A stretch of 63,587 nt of DNA, filler included, from Globobulimina sp. (taxonomy: Eukaryota): the NCBI GenBank assembly GCA_003354225.1. It is 53 parts of 53 records of this genome, joined end to end, with 100 filler letters (N's around TTAATTAATTAA, not from the genome) between each part and the next. Parts side by side here need not be neighbours in the genome. Positions count along the whole stretch, not along the records: positions 49,276 to 50,376 come from PIVH01023511.1; positions 50,477 to 51,577 come from PIVH01023512.1; positions 51,678 to 52,778 come from PIVH01023513.1; positions 52,879 to 53,979 come from PIVH01023514.1; positions 54,080 to 55,180 come from PIVH01023515.1; positions 55,281 to 56,381 come from PIVH01023516.1; positions 56,482 to 57,582 come from PIVH01023517.1; positions 57,683 to 58,783 come from PIVH01023518.1; 45 more parts are not named here. The stretch is one strand, 5' to 3'. The translations under genes were made by a program, and so were the position numbers. The notes under the pieces are model-generated. The model saw only the letters and a program-made list of their open reading frames with translations. It made no database searches and was not told where the DNA came from. Position 1 is the stretch's first letter. Each line of letters starts with the position of its first letter. This document shows, piece by piece, positions 49,276-61,677 of the stretch.

Positions 49276-50376
49276 TTTACTTATTTTAGTTATTATGTTT
49301 TTATTAAAACTTTCCTTCCCTTCCATAGTTGCTATTCTCACTTGCTGTTTGTATTCTCTACTGGTTGCTTCTTGGAAATGTTTGTAGTGCATACCTATGT
49401 TGAGTTGTATGTTTTTCGTGATTTCACTAAGTACATCTATTAATGTATTTCGTGATAGTTGTTTTTTTGCTATTAGCGTTAGTATGTGGCCTGCACTTTG
49501 TTCTCTTTGTTTCTGGTTTGTAATTTGCTTTGCATCAGCATTTTCCGCACACTTGCATTCCATCTGTAAATATTGGATTGGGTGGCGATAGTGATGTAAG
49601 TAGCATTTTACTCCATAGCTTTTTTTCCCTTTTATTTCCCATTTTTTTATATGATTTTTCCCAACACAGTTTTTTGTAACATAGTTTTTTGTGTCACAGT
49701 TTTTTTGTATTTGGTTTGTTAGTTGGATCTGAGTTTTAAGTCTTTCAATGTCTTCGTCAAGGAAAGAGAAGTCGGCAGTATATGTTAAGCAGTCGGCATT
49801 ATCACTTCGTGCCAGTAATGCCAATTGGCCATATAAGGCTATTCGTGGCGGGCAATACGCACAATATGAAGAAAGCAAACAGGTTGAAAGAGAAGCAAAA
49901 AAGCAAACTATTGTCAATGATGATGGTGATGATTCTAAGCTTTCAGAGCAATTACAATCAGCTCTACAATTTTTTGATTGGACAATTGTCCATATTGTCA
50001 CATCTGCTTCGCTTTGGCCGTTTGGGCCTAATTTAGAATTGGATCTCATTCCTCGTGTTTGTTCAATATTATATGTCGAGGAATTATATTGGGAATTGAA
50101 GAAGATATTTGACAATTTATCAGATGGTGCTGTGTTATTTAGTCGCTGTTTGAATTCTGATTCTCGTGTTCTTAGCTGTCGTGACCATCTTGCCGCTATT
50201 TCTGTTTCATTGAGTTTGTCTTCATCTATTTTCTCCTTATTTCTTCTTTTCTTTTTTCCCTTTTTTGTTTTATATTTAGCCCGACTCCGTGCTGTGCAGT
50301 CTGATTTTGATAAATTTTTGGTGGCACATTTTATTACTCTCCAGGCAGGGCATCGCTTTATTGAAGATGTATTAAC
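49276..50376 (-). CDS. Unknown protein; frame open across the whole contig
   Basis: The minus frame has no stop over 1101 bp. An antisense ORF from 49748 to the contig end overlaps it. Confidence 0.45.
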
Positions 50377-50476
50377 NNNNNNNNNNNNNNNNNNNNNNNN
50401 NNNNNNNNNNNNNNNNNNNNTTAATTAATTAANNNNNNNNNNNNNNNNNNNNNNNNNNNNNNNNNNNNNNNNNNNN

Positions 50477-51157
50477 AATGAAAAAAAATAAAAATAAAAT
50501 TACCAATGCTGTAGACACCAAACATTTAATCTGTTCTTTATAACGTTTCTTTTTCCATTCGTTTGCGTATAATACGCTAAATGGAGACCAATGTGTTCCA
50601 TCAAACAGTCCCAAATAAATGTAGGCGAAAAATGAAATAAATGGAAATATGTTAAACAAAAATACATTTACAAATTTATTATCGAATTTAAATTTGGTGA
50701 CTTTTTTTTGCCATAGTTTTTCTGTCTGCCATTTATGTGATAAATCCTTTTCAAAATGATTATGATATTTATGATGCTGTGCATGTGAATAAGACCATGG
50801 CCAAAATGGTACACATAATGGAACGTGACATAAATGGCCACAAATACTATTTATTATGGCATAATTGCTAAATGAACCATGGCCACAATCATGTCCAACA
50901 ACGAATAAACACCACATAATAAAACCATAAAACATTACAAATGGAATGAATAAAATAAAATAATATCTCTCAACAAATTGCCAGGTATAAAATGACGAGC
51001 TTAATAAAGTCGCATCAACCAACATGTAAAATAATGAGATTGATAATTGTTTCTTAAAACAATGAGACGGAATTAATTTCTTTATTTCCGAAAGCTTTAC
51101 TTTGCTTTCTTTTACTTTTGTTTTTGATTTGCTTTGTTTGCCCTGTTTAGGTGCCAT
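50477..51157 (-). CDS. Methyl-end (delta-12/omega-3) fatty acid desaturase, 5' part
   Basis: EIKKLIPSHCF, His box I GHDCGHGSFS, His box II WSYSHAQHHKYH. Confidence 0.93.
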
Positions 51158-51677
51158 GTTTACTGATAACTAATTAATAATTAATGGAAGAAAGAAATGT
51201 TAGAGGTATTTCTTAAAATAGGATAGGAAGAACGACTATTTCTTAAAATAGAAAAGTTAGAGGTATAAACTATAAAATGTGTTAAGATTATGAGTATTAT
51301 TATGTAATTATGAGCAACATATGATATACAGATCTCTGAACTGCTGTTGTAATAAGTTGTATACATTTAATTCAATTATCTGAGAAACGCTTTTCAGATA
51401 CAGAAACTGTTTGCTATAGGTTTGTCTTGTGTTTGTTCTGTGTTTGTTATAACTTGTCATTAGACTATGGCTAACTAAGTTTTTTTCGAGACCGTTACAT
51501 TTCAAGTCTACTTATGTCTAAGAGGATTGCTTGCCAGCAGCGTGGATTAATAAATAGTCCTCACTCTATTGCCTCTANNNNNNNNNNNNNNNNNNNNNNN
51601 NNNNNNNNNNNNNNNNNNNNNTTAATTAATTAANNNNNNNNNNNNNNNNNNNNNNNNNNNNNNNNNNNNNNNNNNNN

Positions 51678-52762
51678 AAAACACAATAATGGCATTGAAT
51701 GAAATTAATAAAATTATTAAAAAAAGAGATGAATACATTAAAACCTTAAAAAGTAAATATAACGAATGGGACAACAAAGTGAATGAGAAAATTGTGAAAA
51801 TAAATAATTCGGAAAGTCAAATTTCTGAGTTAAAGGAAACGTTATCGAAGCAAACCATATCTACGAAAGAAGTGGAAATTATGAATAAAGAATCGGTGCA
51901 ATTAAGTGTGGAAACGGACGAATTGCAATTAAAGAAAGAAGAAATTAAAAGGAAACAATACGATTTGAATGAAGGAATCAATGATTTAATTAAAAAAATA
52001 AAGAATTTTATCCGGCAATATAACGATTTAGGGTCGAAAATTGAAATTATTCCAGAATCCGCAAAGTATGCATGTGGGCAAAACCACACTTTGAAATATA
52101 ACCAGAACCAGCATAATATGGATATTATTCATATTAATAAAGCGACGGATTTGGTGAATCAGGATATTGAGTATTTTGGAAACAATTTAGTTCAATTAAA
52201 GAATCATTACAATGATAAATTGAGGAAATGCGAATTGCGAATAAAGACTGAAAGTGATAAAATATCGCAGTTTAAAACCGATTTGAAATTGAAAAAAGAA
52301 GAAATTCAAATATTAAATGAGAGATTATCCACAATCACCAAGTTATATAATGATGAAAAATCGAAAATGTCGTTGCTGTCTGCCAACACTGCCAAGAATA
52401 TCGAGAAAATTGAGTTGTCGATAAGTTCAAAATCAAATGACATTGATAATGATTTGAAAAATAAAAAAAAAGAATTTATTGAATATAAGAATGAATATAC
52501 GAAAACATATGAAATATGCAAAAAAATTGAAATTCAATTAACGAGCAAAACTGCAATCGGGGTACAAAAATTATTAAAGCACAGACAAAATGTTAGAGAA
52601 CAATTAAAAATGTTAAATAAAAAAGTTGACGATGCGTTAGAAAAAGTGACCTTTTATCATATTCAAGAACCAACAATTCATAATATTTCAGCAGCTAATA
52701 ATTATTCCGATGATGATGACAATAAAGACGATGATAATGATGTTCGTATGGAAAATAACTGA
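51678..52762 (+). CDS. NDC80: Kinetochore protein NDC80/HEC1, C-terminal coiled coil
   Basis: Long coiled coil interrupted by the Ndc80 loop motif YNDLGSKIEIIPESAKYACGQNHTL. Confidence 0.7.
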
Positions 52763-53060
52763 TTTCTTAGTTTTGACTNNNNNNNNNNNNNNNNNNNNNN
52801 NNNNNNNNNNNNNNNNNNNNNNTTAATTAATTAANNNNNNNNNNNNNNNNNNNNNNNNNNNNNNNNNNNNNNNNNNNNATGATGTTTCTTTATATTGTGA
52901 TGGAACATGTTTTGTGGAATGTAATGAAGATACATGATGTCCAAATTAACCGACATGAAAACCAACTGTAAATCCAACATCAAATGTTACAACAAAGCAA
53001 AGAGGTATTTATAATGTACATATTTGCGTATATTAATTATTGACATACATATTAAATTAA

Positions 53061-53381
53061 GTGAATACAAAAGCAATTATAATCATAGCAGTCGCAGTGT
53101 GTGCATTTCTCGGCGTCTTTTTTGCTGTGATTTACATGAATAAAAGAAGAAATGCCGCAGCTGAGGAAGGAGCGGAGGGAAAGCAAAGTGTGGAAATGAA
53201 TGAAAAGAAGGAGCCATATAAAATAATTAACAGTAAAGCAGAAAACTGTGATACATTGGATGGAGAAAAGGGAAATTTAAATGAAGAAGAGATTGGAACG
53301 GATAATGTTATTTTAACAAAATCACCAATGGCTGCATCAAATAATTATGACTATAATAAATTGCAAGATGAAGGAAAATAG
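53061..53381 (+). CDS. Last exon of a single-pass type I membrane protein
   Basis: TM IIIIAVAVCAFLGVFFAVIYM followed by the basic stop-transfer NKRR and an acidic tail. Confidence 0.6.
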   Translation: MNTKAIIIIAVAVCAFLGVFFAVIYMNKRRNAAAEEGAEGKQSVEMNEKKEPYKIINSKAENCDTLDGEKGNLNEEEIGTDNVILTKSPMAASNNYDYNKLQDEGK

Positions 53382-53841
53382 AATATTGAGACAATTTATT
53401 TCTTGCTTTCTTTTTTTTTATACAATATTGCACCGCCTCTATAAAGCAAAAAAAAGGTGGCCAACATATGTGATGATTGGGATTTGAACACAACTCCTCG
53501 TCAATCAGATCATCACAACAAATTTTGCATTTTTACATCATAAATATGACATTTCCCATACTCAAAACCACAGTGTTTCTGTTTTTCTTTCCCTGTCATA
53601 TATATATATTGACATCACTGACTGGGTTCGTTCCCATTACTTGTGATATCTCCATATGCGTCGCATTAATATTTGTATTTGTTCTCGCGGCGTAACCGAG
53701 CCATTTCTAGTTTGCATGCAATCAAATCCGTATCACCTTCCTTTCAGCATCGCTTTTTATGTCCGTATTATTATTATGTTGCCATTTGAGTGATTTTTTG
53801 GGCAAAGCAAAGCCATCATTCTTTGTGCTTAATGGCGACAC

Positions 53842-53979
53842 TTTTGTGTGGAAATCTTAATTAAATTGTTACATTTTGTGTACGTGGAAATCTTAACTTA
53901 TTTGTTACATTTTGTGTGGAAATCTTAATTAAATTGTTACATTTTGTGGAAATCTTAATTAAATTGTTACATTTTGTGT
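53842..53979. repeat. ~32-bp tandem repeat, ~4 copies, running to the contig end
   Basis: Unit GTGGAAATCTTAATTAAATTGTTACATTTTGT. Confidence 0.9.
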
Positions 53980-54133
53980 NNNNNNNNNNNNNNNNNNNNN
54001 NNNNNNNNNNNNNNNNNNNNNNNTTAATTAATTAANNNNNNNNNNNNNNNNNNNNNNNNNNNNNNNNNNNNNNNNNNNNTCAAATGTATATGTATGTATA
54101 TCATGATGACAAAACGATGTTTTGCATCGTACA

Positions 54134-55147
54134 TCAAATTTTGTCGTAAACGGGTAACATTTCACTCTCATATATCGTACCCCTCATTATATCTCCAGTT
54201 TCATTGGCTATTCGATATGTTACAGGATCCGTATTTAGTTGTGAATGAATGGTATAAGTATCTTTCGTGTACGTTCCATAGAAAGAATGAACCAGCGGGT
54301 TTCTTAAGACAGACAGTTTTACTTTTTGACCAATATTATATTTGTGTTTCAAAGGATACCTTCGTAACCCCCTTGATAACTTTGGATAAAGTTTTCGAAA
54401 CACAATTCCTGCATTCAGTTCTGTCACATCAACTGGTTTGTAACCGTGCGCAGGGTTGACAGTCTCATTTCGACTTTTGGTGATCGCTTCAAGTGCATCC
54501 ACCCAACGTTTCGTCTGTTTTCCATCCATGTATCGCCATAATCGATGCTTTAAAATTCGTATGTTCACCTCGGCGACTGAAGCTTTCACATCGTAGTTCT
54601 CAGTGTGAAACATTACAACACCATTATCTTGCATTAACTGTCTCATCGGTCCACACCTGAACTCACCGCCGGCATCAGTTTGTAGTTTCATGAACATTTT
54701 ACCTTCAGGCAGTGATTTGAATATGTCGGACATCGCTTCGGCAGTTTCTGAACCAGTCTTTCTCTTGAGAGGTCGAGTCCAGAGCATTTTTGATAACACA
54801 TCAACTACGACTAATATATATCTGAAACCACTGTTATGGCTTTTCAAACTGCTCATGTCGCCGAGATCTGCCATAGCCAAGTCATAAATATCATAGCTTA
54901 CCACCTGACGTCTTTTGAATTTGTATTTCGCCCTGGCTCTATTAGTATAGGCTTTCTGGCGACTGAAGTATTCAATTACATGCTTCCGGGTAAGTTTTGG
55001 AATTTTTGCTTTCGCGTAACGATAAAACGTTTCCCGATTGCCTGAAAACCCAACTGGTGATTTAGGGTCATAGTAAAGTGATGATCTCCTCAGTAACTCT
55101 GATATGGATACGATGCGATCGTTCTTAAAACGAATCCAAAATAACAA
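54134..55147 (-). mobile_element. Polinton/Maverick-type retroviral-like (rve) integrase
   Basis: YYDPKSPVGFSG, ADLGDM...NSGFRYILVVVDVLSK, KLQTDAGGEF, KASVAE, KYNIGQKVKL, DPVTYRI...GTIYESE. Confidence 0.9.
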
Positions 55148-55280
55148 CTCATATTATTAATAATCGTCCAACCAAACCATNNNNNNNNNNNNNNNNNNNN
55201 NNNNNNNNNNNNNNNNNNNNNNNNTTAATTAATTAANNNNNNNNNNNNNNNNNNNNNNNNNNNNNNNNNNNNNNNNNNNN

Positions 55281-56381
55281 TAAACACGTCCCCGTCTCCA
55301 TCCGGATCTTCATGTTGTGGCTCATTCCCCTTCGCACCTGCATTCTTTTCCTCTTTTATCTGCGGGTTTTGTGCTTGTTTTTGAGATAATAGCAACTGAT
55401 TGGTATCAAACACAATCGCATTGCAATAATTTGTACAAAAATTCATGTCATCCTCAATGATCTCACCGCCACATTTAATGATGGCAGAATAACAAATTAA
55501 ATCATTAAATGTATGATTCTTCCGCATGGATAATGGGATATTTATATTCTTGGCATAGCAGACACCACAATGCGAACAATCGAAATCTTCATCCAATATC
55601 TTGATTTTCTTGCCGTTGTCGTCATTGATTTGAAACTTCAGTCGTTGATAGTTATAATTATCATTGTCATCAGGCGTCTCCTTACGAGCATCGTCCCTCT
55701 GTTGGGACGTAAATAGGTGATATTCCATATAATTCTCATTGTTTCCCGCCAGTACAAATATATTGCTGTTCTGTATCGGCATGTATCGGAAACATAAAAC
55801 AATCACATCCTTCGGTAATATCCATGCGAAGTCGAACTGGAGTATCATTTCGCGGATATAGCCCATTAATAAGACCATCTGCTCATTGTCGCCAGAGTTG
55901 GACAGTACGGCTGGCAAAGTTGCGACAGCGCGGCTTACCACTCTGGCTTTGTTGGTTATTATTCGTTTTGGTTTGCTGTTATCAATAAATGTCTGTGATG
56001 GTTTAACAGTGCACCACCCATTATATGCTACGCTTTCTTTGTCCAATACAATTCCTGTTTCTCTGCGTTCGATTTCTATCCGATTTATCCTTTCTACTTT
56101 CTTAACTTTCTTAGTTGTGCTGGTTTTGGTATTGTTATATAATTTGCTGTAATCTACAAACGTTTTATATTTATCCTCCTTTGTAATAGGACTAATTTCT
56201 TGTTTGTCGTAATTGTCTTTGTCTTGAACCACTGCAAAATGATAACAAGATGTAACTTTATGATCATTTGTATCTATATTGTTAATATCAGTATCTTTCT
56301 GTTGTTTAGTCTCAATCGTATGGCCATGGTTTACACTGTTTGGTGTGGGGCTATTACAGTCAATATGTGCTTGCAAATCAT
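55281..56381 (-). CDS. Hypothetical protein with a GYIRE...LPKDVIVLC helical motif, followed by a beta-rich region
   Basis: Frame open across the contig. The motif type is one I associate with expanded foraminiferan families (inference). Confidence 0.55.
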
Positions 56382-56481
56382 NNNNNNNNNNNNNNNNNNN
56401 NNNNNNNNNNNNNNNNNNNNNNNNNTTAATTAATTAANNNNNNNNNNNNNNNNNNNNNNNNNNNNNNNNNNNNNNNNNNNN

Positions 56482-56744
56482 TATTGAGACAAATTCATAA
56501 ATTATTGAAAAATAACGGTTTATTATGTATTTGTATGGGCGCAGTTGATTTATCATTGTATTATGCTTCCATCATATTTGAGGATAAAGCAATGTTTTGG
56601 AGTCATTATGATTCTCAGATTAATTTGGAAATTATAAAAAAATGTGACTTTGAGATCATCGATTATCAAATAATAAATGATGGAACCTCATCGGAATCGA
56701 AAAATTTATTTGTTATCGCAAAGAAGAAGAAAAGCCAATGCTGA
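56482..56744 (+). CDS. Class I SAM-dependent methyltransferase C-terminus
   Basis: IHKLLKNNGLLCI...MFWSHY...IIKKCDFEII. Confidence 0.7.
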
Positions 56745-56824
56745 CTGACTGACATAATTGTTACTCCGTAAAAGTAAAACAAGTGTTTTCATGTTTTTCA
56801 TCTGTTACAGTATATTTGTTAACC

Positions 56825-57582
56825 ATGGGCGCAGCGTCAAGTCTGAAAGAGCGTATCTACGAAGGTTGGCTACAAACAGCTACATCGGTGAAATATTATG
56901 CAATATTATCGTCGATAAAATTAGATATCTTTGCCTCAGATGTATCACCAATTAATGAAAAAGCAATAAAATCAATAGATTTACGAAAGTATGATAGAAT
57001 AAAGCCAATAAGTTTTAACAAAACACAGTTTAAATACGGTTTTAGATTGAAAGACAAGACAAAAAACCGCATAATGTATGGATGCAAATCACAAAATGAG
57101 CGCAATTGTTGGCTTACACATATTCATTACATCATTACACACAAAATCTCTCTGTTTCCATTAAAACAATCTATAAATAAACAAACTAAGAATGAAATAA
57201 AAAATGTTTTCGATATATTATTACAAGACAATGATGTCCGCACTCAAAAATGCACTAAAAAGCTATTTATTAATGCTAATTATAAACAAAAGCATGTTAC
57301 ACATTCCATTGCTGATTGCAAAGCGTTATCAAAATTGTTATTTGTGGATAAGCTCTATCGAAAATGGTGCGACGTTTATGATATGATTCGACCGTATTCC
57401 ATTAACAATGTAATCACAAACATGTTGCATTATGATATGAGCTCTTTATTGGATGATTTTGTTCATTGTACATCCAATCATAAATACATTGACATTTATG
57501 ACTATTTACAAAGCACAGAATATTTATGCGTCGATGATCAGTGTCCATTTTTATTGCGAAATCACAGAGACAGAGACACGAC
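56825..57582 (+). CDS. PH-domain protein with a putative N-myristoylation site (partial)
   Basis: MGAASS start, IYEGWLQ, FKYGFRL...CKSQNERNCWLTHI. Confidence 0.75.
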
Positions 57583-57682
57583 NNNNNNNNNNNNNNNNNN
57601 NNNNNNNNNNNNNNNNNNNNNNNNNNTTAATTAATTAANNNNNNNNNNNNNNNNNNNNNNNNNNNNNNNNNNNNNNNNNNNN

Positions 57683-58783
57683 ATTGGTTAATTCATTATT
57701 TTCTTTCCCATGTTCCTGCGATTGATCCAATGATGTCTGTAATTCACTAATTTTCGTTTCCAATCCAATTACATTCTCATTGGATGCAATTTTATTACTA
57801 TTTAATGTCGCATTTAAATCATTAATTTGTTCCGTATTTAAATCATTTTCAGTCTGTAATTTATTTCGAAGTTCCTTATTTTCTTTCAATTCGGACTGTA
57901 AATCATCCCTTTCATCCCATATTTTTTTGATTGTTTCCTGTAATTTGTTATTATCATTCGTTAATTGCAAACGTTTATCATTTTCAAGTTTGAGTGCCGC
58001 AATCTCGCCATCTCTATCATTAATAATATTATTTTTAGCTTGATTCTCTTTCTGCAACTTTAAAATCTGCGCTTTTAACTGCTGCATTTCGTCCTGGTCG
58101 GGATCGGGATCAGTATCATTGTCAGCATTCGCCTTCACTGACTTCCGTTTATTATCGGCAAAGCGAACATGGCCAGATTTCTCGTATGGTATTTTGCTGC
58201 CGGTATTGAATAATTTTAAGTGTGTGGTGGATTTCTTGATTGTTGCAGGTAAGTACTGATTCACTGTACCAGCTTTAAAGCCTTCCTTCCATTTAAAATA
58301 TTCAATTGATGATATTTTGCCATCTGCGTTTGCATCAATTTCAGCAAATAAATTTAAAACTAATTCTTCAGGCACGTCCTTCTCCAAATTTGCAAAAAAA
58401 TGTTTAAATTCATTTAAGTCAATCATATTTGTGCCCGTTTCATCAAAGGCTCCAATATCCACATTTTTCAAGGTGCGAACCAACCAATCTTCGTCCTTAA
58501 ATGTGCGAGTATGCGTATAATAGATATATGTATATTTGTGCAGAAACAATAGAAATGTCAGTGGATGGACAAAAGTCACAAAACTATCATGGTTTTCGCT
58601 CTTCGAGCAACTTTGCTTCTGCCAGATAAAAAACGCGTAATTGCAGGTAATGAGACAGTGTTATTAAGCTGATCACCATCAATACATTGGAATATATATC
58701 CTGATAATTGTGGTTTTATTAACCCACTTAGAAATTGCTGGAATTTTTCCAATGTGACTTGATTTTTGTCATCTGCTACTGTA
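57683..58783 (-). CDS. EF-hand plus coiled-coil protein (spliced, partial)
   Basis: DETGTNMIDLNEF and DANADGKISSIEY EF-hands, then a long coiled coil. Probable intron at ~58496-58584. Confidence 0.8.
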
Positions 58784-59134
58784 NNNNNNNNNNNNNNNNN
58801 NNNNNNNNNNNNNNNNNNNNNNNNNNNTTAATTAATTAANNNNNNNNNNNNNNNNNNNNNNNNNNNNNNNNNNNNNNNNNNNNAACAACAAAAAGACACA
58901 CATTCACAAAGTCATTATAAGCAGAATAATTGCTCTACGTTTATTATTATGATTTATTATTTTCGTCAAACACCAATTTCTCAAAATTATCCACCAACAC
59001 TAAGTGCGTAGTATCATGGAATTTTAAGTACCATTCATACTCATTCAAGAAATGTTTATATGTGTAACTTAATTAAATAATAAAATTCAAAGAGTAGTCG
59101 ATATGTGTAAGTTTTGCAACTACTGTTTGTTATA

Positions 59135-59659
59135 TTAATTATTTAGTTTCGCATACCTTAACGTATAAACATTATGAAATCTCCTTTTTTGCCAGAATCG
59201 AAGCTTAGTATTTGGAATAAATGTAATTTCTGAGTGTGTTAATTTATTCGCAATTTGTGTTGCATTGTAATAATATCTTGAGACTGATGTATTTACTAAA
59301 AATATTTTAATATCACAATATGAATGTAAATATTTGTCATAAGTCGCCAGCATTTCAAACAATTGTTGGATTGCATTGTAATACATTTCTTTATTGATTG
59401 ATGACTCCGAAACTCCTGGATCTCCCACCACTAAGCATGCGATGCGTTTGTTGCTTGCAATATCTCTCAACAATGTTAATGATTCAATATGATTTCCATG
59501 GCGTATGTCTTTGTGTTGATTATGGAGAGAATTTGAAATAAATAATATTATCGATACAACAGATATTAAAGAAATTCTACTTCGAAACGATGTAAATGAC
59601 CAACAGCGACGAAGCAGAACTCTGAGATTGTGAAAAATGCTTTTTTCACCTTTTCCCAT
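59135..59659 (-). CDS. Type II membrane protein, possibly glycosyltransferase-like, first exon
   Basis: Short basic N-terminus, one TM segment, then RIACLVVG. Confidence 0.45.
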   Translation of the reverse strand: MGKGEKSIFHNLRVLLRRCWSFTSFRSRISLISVVSIILFISNSLHNQHKDIRHGNHIESLTLLRDIASNKRIACLVVGDPGVSESSINKEMYYNAIQQLFEMLATYDKYLHSYCDIKIFLVNTSVSRYYYNATQIANKLTHSEITFIPNTKLRFWQKRRFHNVYTLRYAKLNN

Positions 59660-60084
59660 GTCAGTATCAGACTAGTACTTACAAAAACTTTACTAGCAAC
59701 TGAAAATTATGAAGAATACTGTGTTTGTCTACAAGTCGAAGTGCAAGGATAATTATGCAGAATCAAATACCATTACATGTAGCAATGGGTAATAAATAAA
59801 ACTATCGATTTGCAAATATATTGTTAGATGTATATCACATAAAAATAACAATCACAATGCCACACTTGTCACACATTACAAATTACACATAAATATATAA
59901 TAGAATTCAGTTTATTAATTTTTTTTTTTGTTTTTTTTTTGAAAGACTTTCTCATTCGAATAACAAATGTCTGCTTCTTTTTTTNNNNNNNNNNNNNNNN
60001 NNNNNNNNNNNNNNNNNNNNNNNNNNNNTTAATTAATTAANNNNNNNNNNNNNNNNNNNNNNNNNNNNNNNNNNNNNNNNNNNN

Positions 60085-61185
60085 GAGATTCGGAAAACGC
60101 CTAATTTAGAATTTAAAGCAATTGAAGGCATTTCTAATCCGGCTGACATTCCGACAAAGCCAAAAACCTATTTGCCTTTGCAAGAATCCGAATTGTGGTG
60201 GCACGGCCCACCTTGGCTCAATTTTCCCGAAATTCAATGGCCAAAACGGGAATTTTCGCAACAAGAGGAGACTGAGTCTCCCACGGTTTTGGTTGTATTA
60301 CCGAAAATCGAAACGCCAAAATTTTGTGTCGATTTTCAGCGGTTTTCGGCACTCAATCGTTTTCTCCGACGTGTGGCGTTGGTTTCTCAAATTTTCGCAC
60401 ATTGGCGCACGTACAAGCGAAAGCGCAAAACTCGTTCAACTTCAAAATCGGCTGTGATGCCTATTCTTTTTGCTGACATTTTGAAAGCAAAAATTTTGGT
60501 TGAAAAATTTATTCAAAAAACCGAGTTTTCGCGCATTTTTTCCGCAATCGAAAAGGGACAGAAAAACAACTTGGTCCGACAATTGAATTTGTTTTTTGAC
60601 ATCAATGGTTGTATACGATGCAAGGGTCGATTTGAGCATTCAGATGCTCCATTTGAACACAAAAATCCACTCTTATTACCTAAATCGCATCCATATACAG
60701 CCATGGTTATTTGGGAATGTCATAACAATTTGATGCACTCAGGGATCAGTCAAACCCTTTCACAACTTCGTTTAGAATACTGGATACCTCAAGGGTACAG
60801 TACTGTCAAATCGTTATTACACAAATGCACGACTTGTCGGTTGGCAGTCGGCCGAACATACGAAGACCCACCCTACCCACCATTGCCATCGTTCCGTGTT
60901 AATCGATCCTACCCTTTTCAATATACAGGAGTCGATTACATGGGTCCTTTATATGTTATTTTGATGGGCGAACGTATAAAGGTTTGGGTCTGCCTGTTTA
61001 CATGCGCCGCCACTCGCGCTATACATTTGGAATTAGTACGGTCGCTGACCGCTGACGAATTCGTTTCCGCTTTAGAACGATTTTTTTCGATCTACAGTAT
61101 CCCCCAGATGTTCATTTCTGATAATGCCACCCAGTTCAAGTACACCGATGGGGCATTTAAAACATTGTGGGGTGCGATTAATAAA
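60085..61185 (+). mobile_element. BEL/Pao LTR retrotransposon pol: RNase H end plus integrase
   Basis: NPADIPTK, LWWHGPPWL, H-H-C-C zinc finger, GVDYMGP, FTCAATRAIHLE, SDNATQF. Frame intact throughout. Confidence 0.95.
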
Positions 61186-61285
61186 NNNNNNNNNNNNNNN
61201 NNNNNNNNNNNNNNNNNNNNNNNNNNNNNTTAATTAATTAANNNNNNNNNNNNNNNNNNNNNNNNNNNNNNNNNNNNNNNNNNNN

Positions 61286-61677
61286 TGTAATTGGTGAGTT
61301 TCATACTGATTGAATGGTATTTGTTGGTTGCAATTTGGATGAGAACAGGGAATCGTATTATTGTTATTGTTGTTATTATTGTTGTTGTTGTTTGATGGGG
61401 ACAGGGAATGCATTAATAAATGGGATTCATATTCATTTAAAGGTATTTGTTGTGAACATGTATCACATGGAATGGTATCGCTGTTAATTAAGAAATTGTT
61501 ATTATTGTTGCTGGGATTGGTATTCTTTGTATTTGTGTTTGAGCAGTTATTACTGACATTGTTATTTGGCTTGTTTGGAATAACATCATTTGGCGAATGA
61601 GTGGTGATGTGAATAATGTACTGGTCAGGAGGGAACTGTTGAGAACATAGTTCACATGGAATTAAGTCTATGTTCAT
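61286..61677 (-). CDS. Protein with three UBZ/C2H2-like zinc fingers in Asn-rich linkers (5' part)
   Basis: IPCELC..H..H, IPCDTC..H..H, IPCSHPNC..H. Confidence 0.75.

Noticed and set aside
53842..53979. CRISPR array (32-bp unit)
   Set aside because: Head-to-tail repeats without spacers; this is a minisatellite.
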